A stretch of 64,000 bases of DNA from Oscillospiraceae bacterium (GTDB lineage: Bacteria; Bacillota; Clostridia; Oscillospirales; Ruminococcaceae). The stretch lies in contig JAGHIE010000005.1 of the NCBI GenBank assembly GCA_017887325.1, positions 29,076-93,075 on the forward strand, in the 5' to 3' direction. The notes below the pieces were generated by a model. It saw only the letters and a program-made list of their open reading frames with translations, made no database searches and was not told where the DNA came from. How positions within the stretch are numbered: the first letter of the stretch is position 1; every line of letters begins with the position of its first letter. Below, piece by piece: positions 10,567-19,939 of the stretch. The position numbers and the translations under genes were made by a program.

Positions 10567-11760
10567 TTATTTAATATCCTGCATTAAAGTATCAATAGCC
10601 TTTTGCAATTGTACATCTTCTTCAATAGATAAATCATTTTCTACTAATTTTTTACTAGCTTCATCTGACAACTTTACTTCTATATCTGGATTTATTCCCT
10701 TACCATGAAAGTTTTCACTATAAGGTCCTGAAAAATAACCTGTTGTAAATTTTACTCCACTATCATCATATAATTCATAATTAGTTTGAATTATTCCTTT
10801 ACCAAATGTTTTTTCCCCAACAGATTTTGCTTTTTCATAATCCTTTAAAGTTTGAACAAATAATTCTGATGCACTTGCTGTATTTCCATTTGTTAAAGTT
10901 ACCATTGGCAAATCAACACATTCATCATCAGAATATCCATATACTTCTTCTTTACCATTTTTATCTGTAACTTTTGCAGTAGGTCCTTTTGGTAATAGAT
11001 AATCTAACATATCTAAAACAGAAACCATTGTTCCTCCACCATTATTTCTTAAATCAAAAACTAGACCTTTTACTCCTTCATCAACTAATTTATCTACTTT
11101 TTCTTCAAATTGCTTACTTGTGCTCTCATTAAAGTCTGTAATTTTCACATATCCTATTCCATCTATGTTTTCAGTTATTACAGATGTTAATTCTACATTT
11201 TTTCTTTCTACATTAAATTCAATTTCTGAATTATCTCTCAAAACTGTTAATTTTACGACAGAACCTTCTTCACCTTTTACTAAATTAATAGCTTCTTCGT
11301 AAGTATGTTCTTTTAAATCATTACCATCTATATTAGTAATTATATCTCCAACTTGTAAACCTACTTCTTCAGCAGGTGATTTTTCATGTATTTGCACTAT
11401 CTTTATAAGACCATTATCACTATTTTCATATGGTATAGCTGATATTCCTATTCCATATGTATGTCCTTCCATATTCATTTTTTTATCTTCATATATATCA
11501 TTTTTATAATAATTAGCATATTTATCATCTAATGATGCTAACATACCAGTTATCATAAAATCTGATATCTTACTTTCATCATAATCAAACAAAAAGTTTT
11601 TCTCAATAAGGTCATATACTGTACTAGCTTTGCCTAGCATTTTCTGCTTATCATTACTAACAAATAAGAAACCACAAAAATATAATGTAGTAACAGAAGA
11701 TATTATAGCCACAAACAAACATAATACTACAATCTTTATAACTTTTTTCTTAGACTTCAA
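10567..11760 (-). CDS. S41 family C-terminal processing peptidase with PDZ domain
   Basis: DLRNNGGG, TASASE (catalytic Ser), GEKTFGKG; N-terminal TM anchor. Confidence 0.93.
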   Translation of the reverse strand: MKSKKKVIKIVVLCLFVAIISSVTTLYFCGFLFVSNDKQKMLGKASTVYDLIEKNFLFDYDESKISDFMITGMLASLDDKYANYYKNDIYEDKKMNMEGHTYGIGISAIPYENSDNGLIKIVQIHEKSPAEEVGLQVGDIITNIDGNDLKEHTYEEAINLVKGEEGSVVKLTVLRDNSEIEFNVERKNVELTSVITENIDGIGYVKITDFNESTSKQFEEKVDKLVDEGVKGLVFDLRNNGGGTMVSVLDMLDYLLPKGPTAKVTDKNGKEEVYGYSDDECVDLPMVTLTNGNTASASELFVQTLKDYEKAKSVGEKTFGKGIIQTNYELYDDSGVKFTTGYFSGPYSENFHGKGINPDIEVKLSDEASKKLVENDLSIEEDVQLQKAIDTLMQDIK

Positions 11761-11863
11761 TTATTTCACCTACTACTTTATCGAAATTTGTCAAATACTC
11801 AACATATTAAAATAGATAACCATTCTAAAATAATAGAATGGTTATCTTTGATTTTATATATTA

Positions 11864-13216
11864 TTAAGGTTCAGTTACAAAGTTTAAAGGATTTAATCTG
11901 CTTCCTTGAACACCATCTCTTACTTCAAAGTGTAAGTGGTTACCAAATGATTGTCCAGTATTACCTACACCACCAATAACTTGTCCTTGTGAAACAGTTT
12001 GTCCACTTGAAACATTTAGGTAATGACAGTGAGCATATAATGTGTAATAACCATTGTCATGTCTTATTAATACAACATTACCATATCTGTTAAATCCATT
12101 GCTAGCACTACCAAATCCTGCAAATATAACAGTACCTGCTCTTGATGCATAAATAGGAGTTCCTTCTGATGCAGCAATATCTATAGCAGTATGTCCACTA
12201 TGATAATATTGAGAAACCCAGTTATATCCACCAACAGGCCATAACCAGCCACTTGAGTTTGGAATTTCAGGACTTGTAGATCCACCACCTGATGAACCAC
12301 TATCTCCACCTGTAGAGCCACCACCACTTGATGATCCTCCACCAGTAGAACCTCCATCTGTAGGTGGTTGTGGTTTTGGTTTATTAGCTTCTTCTTCAGC
12401 TTTTCTTATTAATTCTTGAATTATAGCTTCGTCACCCATTAAATCTTCTGATTGACTTTGTAATTGACTTTGTTGAGCTTCTTTTGAAGCTATAATTTCT
12501 CTACTTTTTTGTTGTAAATCTTCAAGTTCTTTTTGTTTTTCAACTTGAACTGCTTTTACTTCTTCAACTTCGCCCTTTTTAGTTTCAATTTGAGCTTTTG
12601 CTTTTTCTATATCAGATTTTTGTGTTTCTAACTCTGATTTCATTTGTTCAAGTTCTTTCTTTTGAGATAGTAACTCTTCCATTAATTCTTTATCAGCTTT
12701 AGAAATATTTTTTAAAACCTGAGTTTGTGTCAACATATCAGAAAAACTACTAGAACCAAATATAGCATTTAAGAAAGAATTGCTTCCTGAAGAAATATAC
12801 ATAGCAGAAAGTCTTTCTTTAAATTTTTCATTTGATTTTTCATGTTCTTCTTCTTTTTGTTGTATTTCTACTAATTTAGCTTCAATTTCTTTGTTTTTAG
12901 CTTCAATTTCTTTGTTTTTTGCATCAATTTCTTGATTTAAAGATTCAATTTGTTTATCATATAAAGAAATTTGTTCAAAAACATTAGCCGCAGCATCTAT
13001 GTAAGAATTTAAAGTTTCTTCTTCTTTATCAATGTCATTTGACAAAGAACTAATTTGCGAATCAATGCTTTCTTTTTGTTCTCTTAAAGCAGCTAGTTCA
13101 GCTTCTAACTCACTTTGAGTTTTAGCTATAACTGACATCGGAAAGCTTGCAACAAATACACACAAAGTAGCAACTGCAACTAACTTTAAAGAATGTTTTT
13201 TGCCAAAACGAAACAT
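11864..13216 (-). CDS. EnvC-like coiled-coil protein with M23 peptidase domain (murein hydrolase activator)
   Basis: Signal peptide, long heptad coiled coil, Gly/Ser linker, HTAID and HLHFEV M23 motifs; follows ftsX. Confidence 0.9.
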   Translation of the reverse strand: MFRFGKKHSLKLVAVATLCVFVASFPMSVIAKTQSELEAELAALREQKESIDSQISSLSNDIDKEEETLNSYIDAAANVFEQISLYDKQIESLNQEIDAKNKEIEAKNKEIEAKLVEIQQKEEEHEKSNEKFKERLSAMYISSGSNSFLNAIFGSSSFSDMLTQTQVLKNISKADKELMEELLSQKKELEQMKSELETQKSDIEKAKAQIETKKGEVEEVKAVQVEKQKELEDLQQKSREIIASKEAQQSQLQSQSEDLMGDEAIIQELIRKAEEEANKPKPQPPTDGGSTGGGSSSGGGSTGGDSGSSGGGSTSPEIPNSSGWLWPVGGYNWVSQYYHSGHTAIDIAASEGTPIYASRAGTVIFAGFGSASNGFNRYGNVVLIRHDNGYYTLYAHCHYLNVSSGQTVSQGQVIGGVGNTGQSFGNHLHFEVRDGVQGSRLNPLNFVTEP

Positions 13217-13236
13217 CTTTATCTCCTACTTTCTTA

Positions 13237-14232
13237 CTAAACTTTAATATGATTCCTTATACTAACAACACTACCTAATACACCAATAACTATACTAGAT
13301 ATTGCAAAGAATCCACCAAGTTGTAAAGCAACATCTTCAAAAGGTATAATACTTCTGAATGCTTCTTGTAACCATTGTGAACTTACTTTATCAACAAAAG
13401 TGTTTAATACAGCTTCATAACCTACCCATATAACACCAAAAGCAATTAAGGCAGATAATAAACCTAAACATATACCTTCTATAATAAATGGTAAACGAAT
13501 AAAACTATTAGTAGCACCAACATATTTCATAATGTTTAATTCTTTTCTTCTTGTGAAAATAGATGCTCTTATAGTATTTGTAATGATAACAAGTGATACA
13601 ATTACTAAAGCGCCTATAATTGCCCAACCAACTACATTTATTATATTTCTAATACTTGTTAATGTTGAAGCAGCTTCACTAGCGGCTGTAACTATTTCGA
13701 TGCCCTCTATTTTTTCAACCTCTGAGATAGTCTTATCTAGTAAAGACAAATCATCTACTGTAACGGTAAAAGAGTCATTCAAAGGATTGTCCTCTCCTTT
13801 GTAATCATCAAGCAAACTAGCTTGTTCTGGACCTAGTTGCTTTTTCATTTCCTCAATACCTTCTTCTTTTGTTACTAACTCAACACTAGAAACATTATCA
13901 ATTTTTTTAATCTCTTGTTCAATTTTTTCTAAAACTCCAAGCCATTGATTTTCTTCTCCAGGTTTTGTTTCGTAACTAGGTACAATAGTTTCTTCGTTTT
14001 TATCTGTTAGCATTTGATTATAAGCTTTTTCAGTGTAAACAAAGGCTTTAAATTCATTTTGTTGTTCAACGAACTTAACCATATTATTAATGTTCTCAGT
14101 CAACAATACTGCAAAACCAACTATCAATAAACAAGCTGTTAATACCCCAACAGAAGCTAAAGTCATCATTCTGTTTGACCATAAACTTTTAACACCTTGT
14201 TTAGACAAATAACTAAAACTACTCGCTCTCAT
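13237..14232 (-). CDS. ftsX: Cell division permease FtsX
   Basis: ITNTIRASIFTRRKELNIMKYVGATNSFIRLPFIIEG; overlaps ftsE. Confidence 0.95.
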   Translation of the reverse strand: MRASSFSYLSKQGVKSLWSNRMMTLASVGVLTACLLIVGFAVLLTENINNMVKFVEQQNEFKAFVYTEKAYNQMLTDKNEETIVPSYETKPGEENQWLGVLEKIEQEIKKIDNVSSVELVTKEEGIEEMKKQLGPEQASLLDDYKGEDNPLNDSFTVTVDDLSLLDKTISEVEKIEGIEIVTAASEAASTLTSIRNIINVVGWAIIGALVIVSLVIITNTIRASIFTRRKELNIMKYVGATNSFIRLPFIIEGICLGLLSALIAFGVIWVGYEAVLNTFVDKVSSQWLQEAFRSIIPFEDVALQLGGFFAISSIVIGVLGSVVSIRNHIKV

Positions 14233-14905
14233 CGTTGCCTCCTAAATATCCATCGTATTCTATCTTACCTTTTTGGATACTTATTGTTCTTCCACCAAAG
14301 TATCTAACAATATCATGTTCGTGAGTAACCATAATAACGGTTGTCCCACAATCATTTATTTCTTTCAATAGACTTACTATTTCATAAGATAATTCAGGGT
14401 CAACATTTCCTGTTGGTTCGTCAGCAATTATCATAGGTGGGTCATTAACCAAAGCTCTTGCCAAAGCAACTCTTTGTTGCTCACCACCTGATAATTCATG
14501 AGGAAATCTTTTAGCTTTATCTGTTAATCCCATAAGTTCTAATATATAAGGTACTCTTGTTCTTATATATTTAGGAGATGCATTTGTAACACGCAAACTA
14601 AATGCAACATTGTCAAAAACATTCAAATTTGGAATTAATCTAAAATCTTGGAACACAACACCCAAACTTCTTCTAAATTCAGGTATTTTTCTTTTTTTAA
14701 TCTTATTTAAATTGTAACCATTAACTTTAACAATACCAGATGTGGCAACTCGTTCTCTTAAAAGTAATTTAATAATAGAACTTTTACCAGCACCAGATGA
14801 ACCTACTATAAAAACAAATTCACCTTGTTCAATTTTCAAGTTAAGATTATCAACTGCTGTTGTTTCGTTATCATATTTTAAAGAAACATCAACTAACTCA
14901 ATCAT
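14219..14905 (-). CDS. ftsE: Cell division ATP-binding protein FtsE
   Basis: GSSGAGKS, GVVFQDFRLI, LSGGEQQRV, IIADEPTGN; adjacent to ftsX. Confidence 0.95.
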   Translation of the reverse strand: MIELVDVSLKYDNETTAVDNLNLKIEQGEFVFIVGSSGAGKSSIIKLLLRERVATSGIVKVNGYNLNKIKKRKIPEFRRSLGVVFQDFRLIPNLNVFDNVAFSLRVTNASPKYIRTRVPYILELMGLTDKAKRFPHELSGGEQQRVALARALVNDPPMIIADEPTGNVDPELSYEIVSLLKEINDCGTTVIMVTHEHDIVRYFGGRTISIQKGKIEYDGYLGGNDESE

Positions 14906-14962
14906 ATAACTACTCCTTGTTTCCTTAAAAAAGATAATCTAACTAAAGATTATTTTTTAAGT

Positions 14963-16048
14963 TTATAATTTAACAGGATTAGATGTTAAATATTTTTTAA
15001 CCATTAAAGCAATTTTAAATACGATTGCATGGTCAAATTCTCTTAAATCAAGACCTGTTAATTTTTTAATTTTTTCTAATCTGTACACTAAAGTATTTCT
15101 ATGCACAAACAATTTTCTAGAAGTTTCAGATACATTCAAGTTATTTTCAAAGAAACGACGAATTGTGAATAGTGTTTCATGATCTAATGAATCGATAGAG
15201 CCTTGTTTGAATATTTCTTTTAAGAAAGTTTCACATAATGTTGTTGGTAATTGATAAATAAGTCTAGCAATACCTAAGTTGTCATAAGAAACAATATTTT
15301 CTTCATTATCAAATACTTTTCCAACTTCTAAAGCAACTTGTGCTTCTTTAAATGATTTAGCTAAATCTTTTATACCAACTACTGGTGTACCAATACCAAC
15401 AATAGCTCTTGTATAGAATTCACTGCTCAAAGTATCAACGATTGAACGAGCTAGTTTTTCTAAATCTTTTGATTCAATTCCTGATCTAATTTCTTTAACT
15501 AAAACAATATCACTTTCACTAATATTGAATACGAAGTCTTTTTGTTTATCTGGGAATAAATTTTGAATAACATCATAAGCAGAAACATCATTAACACTTA
15601 ATATTCTTATTAATAAAGCAACTCTGCTTACATCAGTATTAAAATGTAATTCTCTTGCTTTGATGTAAATATCACCAGGTAAAATATTATCTAAAACAAC
15701 ATTTTTTACAAAATTGTTTCTGTCATATTTTTCATCGTAATATTGTTTTATTGTTGATAATGTAATAGATAGAATTTGAGCATATTTAGCTGCAACTTCA
15801 TCAACACCTTCAACAAATACTGCATAATCTGGTTTTATATGAGGACCAAAAGGTTTATATGTGTATCCATCTCTAACAAAAATTTCGTGAGAGTCTGATA
15901 AGTCAACAGCTATAAACTCATTTGTCATACCAATTTTTGTAAGTTCGCTACAAGATACAACAGTCGCTGTTTCATCAATAACACCTATAACTCTATTAAT
16001 AGTATCCTTCATTTGATGCATTACACCTTGAAATAATCTATTTGACAT
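14963..16048 (-). CDS. CdaR/PucR family transcriptional regulator
   Basis: C-terminal NLNVSETSRKLFVHRNTLVYRLEKI HTH; GGDEF-like middle region. Confidence 0.92.
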   Translation of the reverse strand: MSNRLFQGVMHQMKDTINRVIGVIDETATVVSCSELTKIGMTNEFIAVDLSDSHEIFVRDGYTYKPFGPHIKPDYAVFVEGVDEVAAKYAQILSITLSTIKQYYDEKYDRNNFVKNVVLDNILPGDIYIKARELHFNTDVSRVALLIRILSVNDVSAYDVIQNLFPDKQKDFVFNISESDIVLVKEIRSGIESKDLEKLARSIVDTLSSEFYTRAIVGIGTPVVGIKDLAKSFKEAQVALEVGKVFDNEENIVSYDNLGIARLIYQLPTTLCETFLKEIFKQGSIDSLDHETLFTIRRFFENNLNVSETSRKLFVHRNTLVYRLEKIKKLTGLDLREFDHAIVFKIALMVKKYLTSNPVKL

Positions 16049-16451
16049 AATAATATATCTCCTTTATTAAATAAAATATTATGTATATGTAAAGTGCTAA
16101 AATAAACCCTACATAATACACTTAGATATATTTATTGTAACTAAATTTAAACTATTTTGCAATATAATTTACCAAATATTGTAGTATATTACACTAAAAA
16201 ATATAACTATATACATAAAAATAAATATTTTAATCAAATTGTAATATTTATTTCTCAATATGTTACAAATTGTAACATATTATTACAGCTTATTTGTTAC
16301 ATAACTATTAACAAATTACTACTTTTGATAATTTATGTTTATTTTTTATATATTTTATACATTAACAAATTAATATTTTATTGCATACTTACAATTTTTT
16401 TAATGATTTTGAAATTTTTGTACAATTTGCACAAATGTAATCAAATACAAA

Positions 16452-16485
16452 AAATCCATATATCTCATAAGAGATATATGGATTT
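16452..16485 (-). terminator. Intrinsic terminator after msmX
   Basis: 15 bp perfect stem AAATCCATATATCTC/GAGATATATGGATTT with 4 nt loop. Confidence 0.8.
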
Positions 16486-16501
16486 AACTTGCAAATATAA
16501 A

Positions 16502-17611
16502 TTAGTTTGTCATAACTTTTTCAGTTTCTTTATCAAAGATATGAACATTGTTAACATCGATAGCAATTTTAATTGTATCGCCTGGTTTAGCTGTTGAACG
16601 AGGAGATACTCTAGCTGTTAAGTTAACGCCTTCTAATGTTAAGTATAAGTATGTTTCAGAACCCATCATTTCTGTTACATCAACTTCACAATCAACAACA
16701 CCTGTTGTTGCAGCTGAAATGAACATTTCTTCATCATGTAGAGATTCTGGACGAATACCCATGATAACTTCTTTACCTAAACCAGCTTTAACTGTTGTGT
16801 TTAATTTAGCTTCTGGTAATTCAATAAAGTTGCTACCAAATTCAACACCGATTTTACCGTTTCTATCTTTTAATACACCATCGATGAAGTTCATTTGTGG
16901 TGAACCGATAAATCCAGCAACGAATACGTTACATGGTTTTGAATATAAGTTAGCTGGTGTATCAACTTGTTGAATGAAACCGTCTTTCATAACAACGATT
17001 CTTGTACCCATTGTCATAGCTTCTGTTTGGTCATGAGTTACGTAGATAAATGTTGTACCTAAACGTAAGTGTAATTTAGATAACTCTGTTCTCATTTGTG
17101 CACGTAATTTAGCATCTAAGTTTGATAGAGGTTCGTCAAGTAAGAATACTTGTGGTTCACGAACGATAGCACGACCTAAAGCAACACGTTGTCTTTGACC
17201 ACCTGATAAAGCTTTTGGTTTTCTGTCTAATAAGTGAGCGATATCTAGGATTCTAGCTGCTTCTTCAACACGTTTTTTGATTTCTTCTTTTGGAGTTTTT
17301 CCTAATTTTAAACCGAAAGCCATGTTATCAAAAACTGTCATATGTGGATATAAAGCATAGTTTTGGAAAACCATTGCGATATCACGGTCTTTAGGAGCAA
17401 CATCATTTACTAATCTGTCGCCTATGTATAATTCACCTTCAGAAATTTCTTCCAAACCAGCGATCATACGAAGTGTTGTAGATTTACCACAACCTGATGG
17501 ACCTACTAAAATAATAAATTCTTTATCTTCTATATCTAAGTTAAAATCAGATACAGCTACTACGTTACCAGCATATTTTTTATAAATACTTTTCAATGAT
17601 AAACTTGCCAT
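16502..17611 (-). CDS. msmX: Stand-alone multiple-sugar ABC ATPase (MsmX/MalK family)
   Basis: GPSGCGKS, MVFQNYALYPHM, LSGGQRQRV, FVAGFIGSPQMN and C-terminal TOBE region; no permease genes adjacent. Confidence 0.9.
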   Translation of the reverse strand: MASLSLKSIYKKYAGNVVAVSDFNLDIEDKEFIILVGPSGCGKSTTLRMIAGLEEISEGELYIGDRLVNDVAPKDRDIAMVFQNYALYPHMTVFDNMAFGLKLGKTPKEEIKKRVEEAARILDIAHLLDRKPKALSGGQRQRVALGRAIVREPQVFLLDEPLSNLDAKLRAQMRTELSKLHLRLGTTFIYVTHDQTEAMTMGTRIVVMKDGFIQQVDTPANLYSKPCNVFVAGFIGSPQMNFIDGVLKDRNGKIGVEFGSNFIELPEAKLNTTVKAGLGKEVIMGIRPESLHDEEMFISAATTGVVDCEVDVTEMMGSETYLYLTLEGVNLTARVSPRSTAKPGDTIKIAIDVNNVHIFDKETEKVMTN

Positions 17612-17832
17612 ATATTTGGGCCTCCTAAATAAATTACTTTAAATGAATGTCGGCTGTATATTAAATATTGTTTTTTCAATCTCTAATTTGCCTTCATTTA
17701 CTTTACTAATACTATACCAAAAATAAGACTTAAATAACAGTACCTTATTCAACAAACTTTTAAAATACACTTTATATAAATTAAACAATTATTTTTATTT
17801 AAGCAATTTTTGATATCTTTTAAATATGGAAA

Positions 17833-18567
17833 TTATATTATTTTGCATAAATCTTTGTGCAATATTTCTATACACTCTCCTTCTTGCAAATCGTCATATA
17901 ACTCCAAATTTCCCATTTTTACTCTTTTTAACTCTAAAACTTTCCTACCTATTGCAATAGCCATTCTTTTTATTTGATGATACTTACCTTCACAAATTAT
18001 AATTTCTACTAATTGATTTTCGCCATCTTTTATCACTCTAATTTTTGCTGGCAAGCACTCATATCCGTCTTCTAACACAATACCCTTTTCAAACATTTGT
18101 ATCTGTTCTTGAGTAATTTTACCGTCTAATAAAGCGTGATATGTTTTTTCTATATGACTTTTTGGAGCAAGTATTTTATGTGCAAAATCTCCGTCATCAG
18201 TTAACAAAACAAAACCAGTTGTGTCTTTATCTAATCTACCTGCAGGAAAAAGATTTGGTCTGTATAAATTATCAGGCACTAAATCTAATACTGTTTTGTG
18301 CTTATTATCATTTGTTGCACTAACCACACCTTTAGGTTTATTTAGCATAAGATAAATATATTTTTTATAATTTATAACTTCACCATTTAATTTTATTGTA
18401 TCTTTATCTGTATCAATTTTTTGTTCAGGTTTTAATTTTGTATTATCATTAACAGATATTAATCCCAATTTTAATAATGATTTTATCTCTTTTCTAGTGG
18501 CAATATTTTGACTAGAAAAAAATTTATCTAATCTCATTTGTGGCATAATAATGCCCTCCATTTTCAA
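17833..18567 (-). CDS. RsuA-family pseudouridine synthase with S4 domain
   Basis: MRLDKF, LNKPKG, AGRLDKDTTG (catalytic Asp), EGKYHQIKRM. True start probably MPQMRLDK. Confidence 0.93.
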   Translation of the reverse strand: MKMEGIIMPQMRLDKFFSSQNIATRKEIKSLLKLGLISVNDNTKLKPEQKIDTDKDTIKLNGEVINYKKYIYLMLNKPKGVVSATNDNKHKTVLDLVPDNLYRPNLFPAGRLDKDTTGFVLLTDDGDFAHKILAPKSHIEKTYHALLDGKITQEQIQMFEKGIVLEDGYECLPAKIRVIKDGENQLVEIIICEGKYHQIKRMAIAIGRKVLELKRVKMGNLELYDDLQEGECIEILHKDLCKII

Positions 18568-18636
18568 ATTATTATCAATTATTCTACCACAAATTAATTA
18601 TTAAAACAATAAAGAAAGTGCTTTATAACACTTTCT

Positions 18637-19131
18637 TTATTGTTTTGGAAAGCTATCTATACCATACATAAATCCGTCTAACTCCACAGAACATATATCA
18701 GCTGCTATAATTTTATTTTTATATGTAATTACATCAGCTCTTATATTTTTTGGCATATCAGGATAATTTAAAACTACAAAAGTAAATCTATTAACTTTTT
18801 TTCCTTTATATTTTTCCAAATCAAAACCTTGTTCTTTTTGTATTTTATTGTAATTTTTATACACATCACTAAACTCGTTAGGTACTTGAACATCAACTAC
18901 TTCAACAGGGTTATCTTCTATCTCCCACCCAAATGATTTTATATAATTTTTTATATCTTCTTGTGTTTTAAATTCCAAATTTTCAGCATTACTTGAACTA
19001 CTTACTTTAATATTATTCTCTCCATTAGTTATGTATTTTAATCCTACAATTGACCCTATTAAGACAAACAAAACTATCATACACAACACTATAATTCTTT
19101 TCTTATTCATCCTCATAGACATAATAAACAT
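18637..19131 (-). CDS. DUF4830-like membrane-anchored protein
   Basis: TM anchor then FGWE, YNKIQKEQGFDL, IIAADIC pattern recognised by eye. Confidence 0.75.
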   Translation of the reverse strand: MFIMSMRMNKKRIIVLCMIVLFVLIGSIVGLKYITNGENNIKVSSSSNAENLEFKTQEDIKNYIKSFGWEIEDNPVEVVDVQVPNEFSDVYKNYNKIQKEQGFDLEKYKGKKVNRFTFVVLNYPDMPKNIRADVITYKNKIIAADICSVELDGFMYGIDSFPKQ

Positions 19132-19228
19132 TTAAGCACTCCCCCAATTTTTTAAAAAATAAGTTATTAAATATATATGCTAAACAAGAAAAAAAATACC
19201 TTTTACACAAATGTGTAAAAGGTATTTT

Positions 19229-19939
19229 TTATTCAAATATTTCACCATTATCCATATATATTTGTTTTCTTAATATCAATGTAGCTTTTATATCCACATT
19301 CATTTTTTCTACAAATAAATCTGTAAGTAAAGTAGGGTTTACATTTTTTTGCCCTGCTGTTGTCTTCATAGTATATTTTATACCATTTTCTACAAAATCT
19401 TTTGCTATTATTTCAACTTCAGGCTTTATATCCATAGGTTTAGTGCCTTTTTTAGTTTTCTTTATAACAATTATTTCATCTTGTGATACAAATTCATCAA
19501 ATAATTTAGCAACATTTTCTTTATCATCACATACTAAAGTTACTTCATAAAGAGCTTTTGCTATAGTTTGTGGTTTATTATTTTGTAGCATTATTTTGTT
19601 TACAACAATATCTTTTGGTAATGCTCTATTTAAATCTTCTTTCATCTTTTCAAAATCAACTTTTTCAGTCAATCTCAAATCCATTGCCTCACATTCACTC
19701 TCATATCCTAAAGCTAAAGGTAATGCAAATGTCATATACATATGAGGATTAAACCCTTGAGTATACCAAACAGGGATACCAGCTCTTTTTAATGAGCGTT
19801 GCATACATCTTGTAATATCTAAATGTGATATATATTTAGCTCTACCAGTTTTACTGTAAAACACTCTAACATTAGGCATTAAAGCAATTTTTCTGTTATT
19901 TTCTGCAGTATTATTTGGATTAAAATTTTGATTACTCAA
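19229..19939 (-). CDS. Radical-SAM-linked protein (TIGR03936/DUF2344-like)
   Basis: YSKTGRAKYISHLDI...GFNPH...ALPLALGYESE; overlaps the upstream radical SAM gene. Confidence 0.88.
   Translation of the reverse strand: MSNQNFNPNNTAENNRKIALMPNVRVFYSKTGRAKYISHLDITRCMQRSLKRAGIPVWYTQGFNPHMYMTFALPLALGYESECEAMDLRLTEKVDFEKMKEDLNRALPKDIVVNKIMLQNNKPQTIAKALYEVTLVCDDKENVAKLFDEFVSQDEIIVIKKTKKGTKPMDIKPEVEIIAKDFVENGIKYTMKTTAGQKNVNPTLLTDLFVEKMNVDIKATLILRKQIYMDNGEIFE

Noticed and set aside
12862-12937. 21 nt tandem repeat and Gly/Ser tract in the EnvC-like gene
   Set aside because: In-frame heptad (KNKEIEA) and a flexible linker, ordinary for coiled-coil M23 proteins.
16257-16281. Rex operator
   Set aside because: Half-site spacing is one base longer than TTGTTAA-N4-TTAACAA and the flanking bases differ.
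16157-16597. 146 aa plus-strand ORF
   Set aside because: I/Y/N/L-rich translation of an AT-rich promoter region, antisense to the end of msmX, no RBS.
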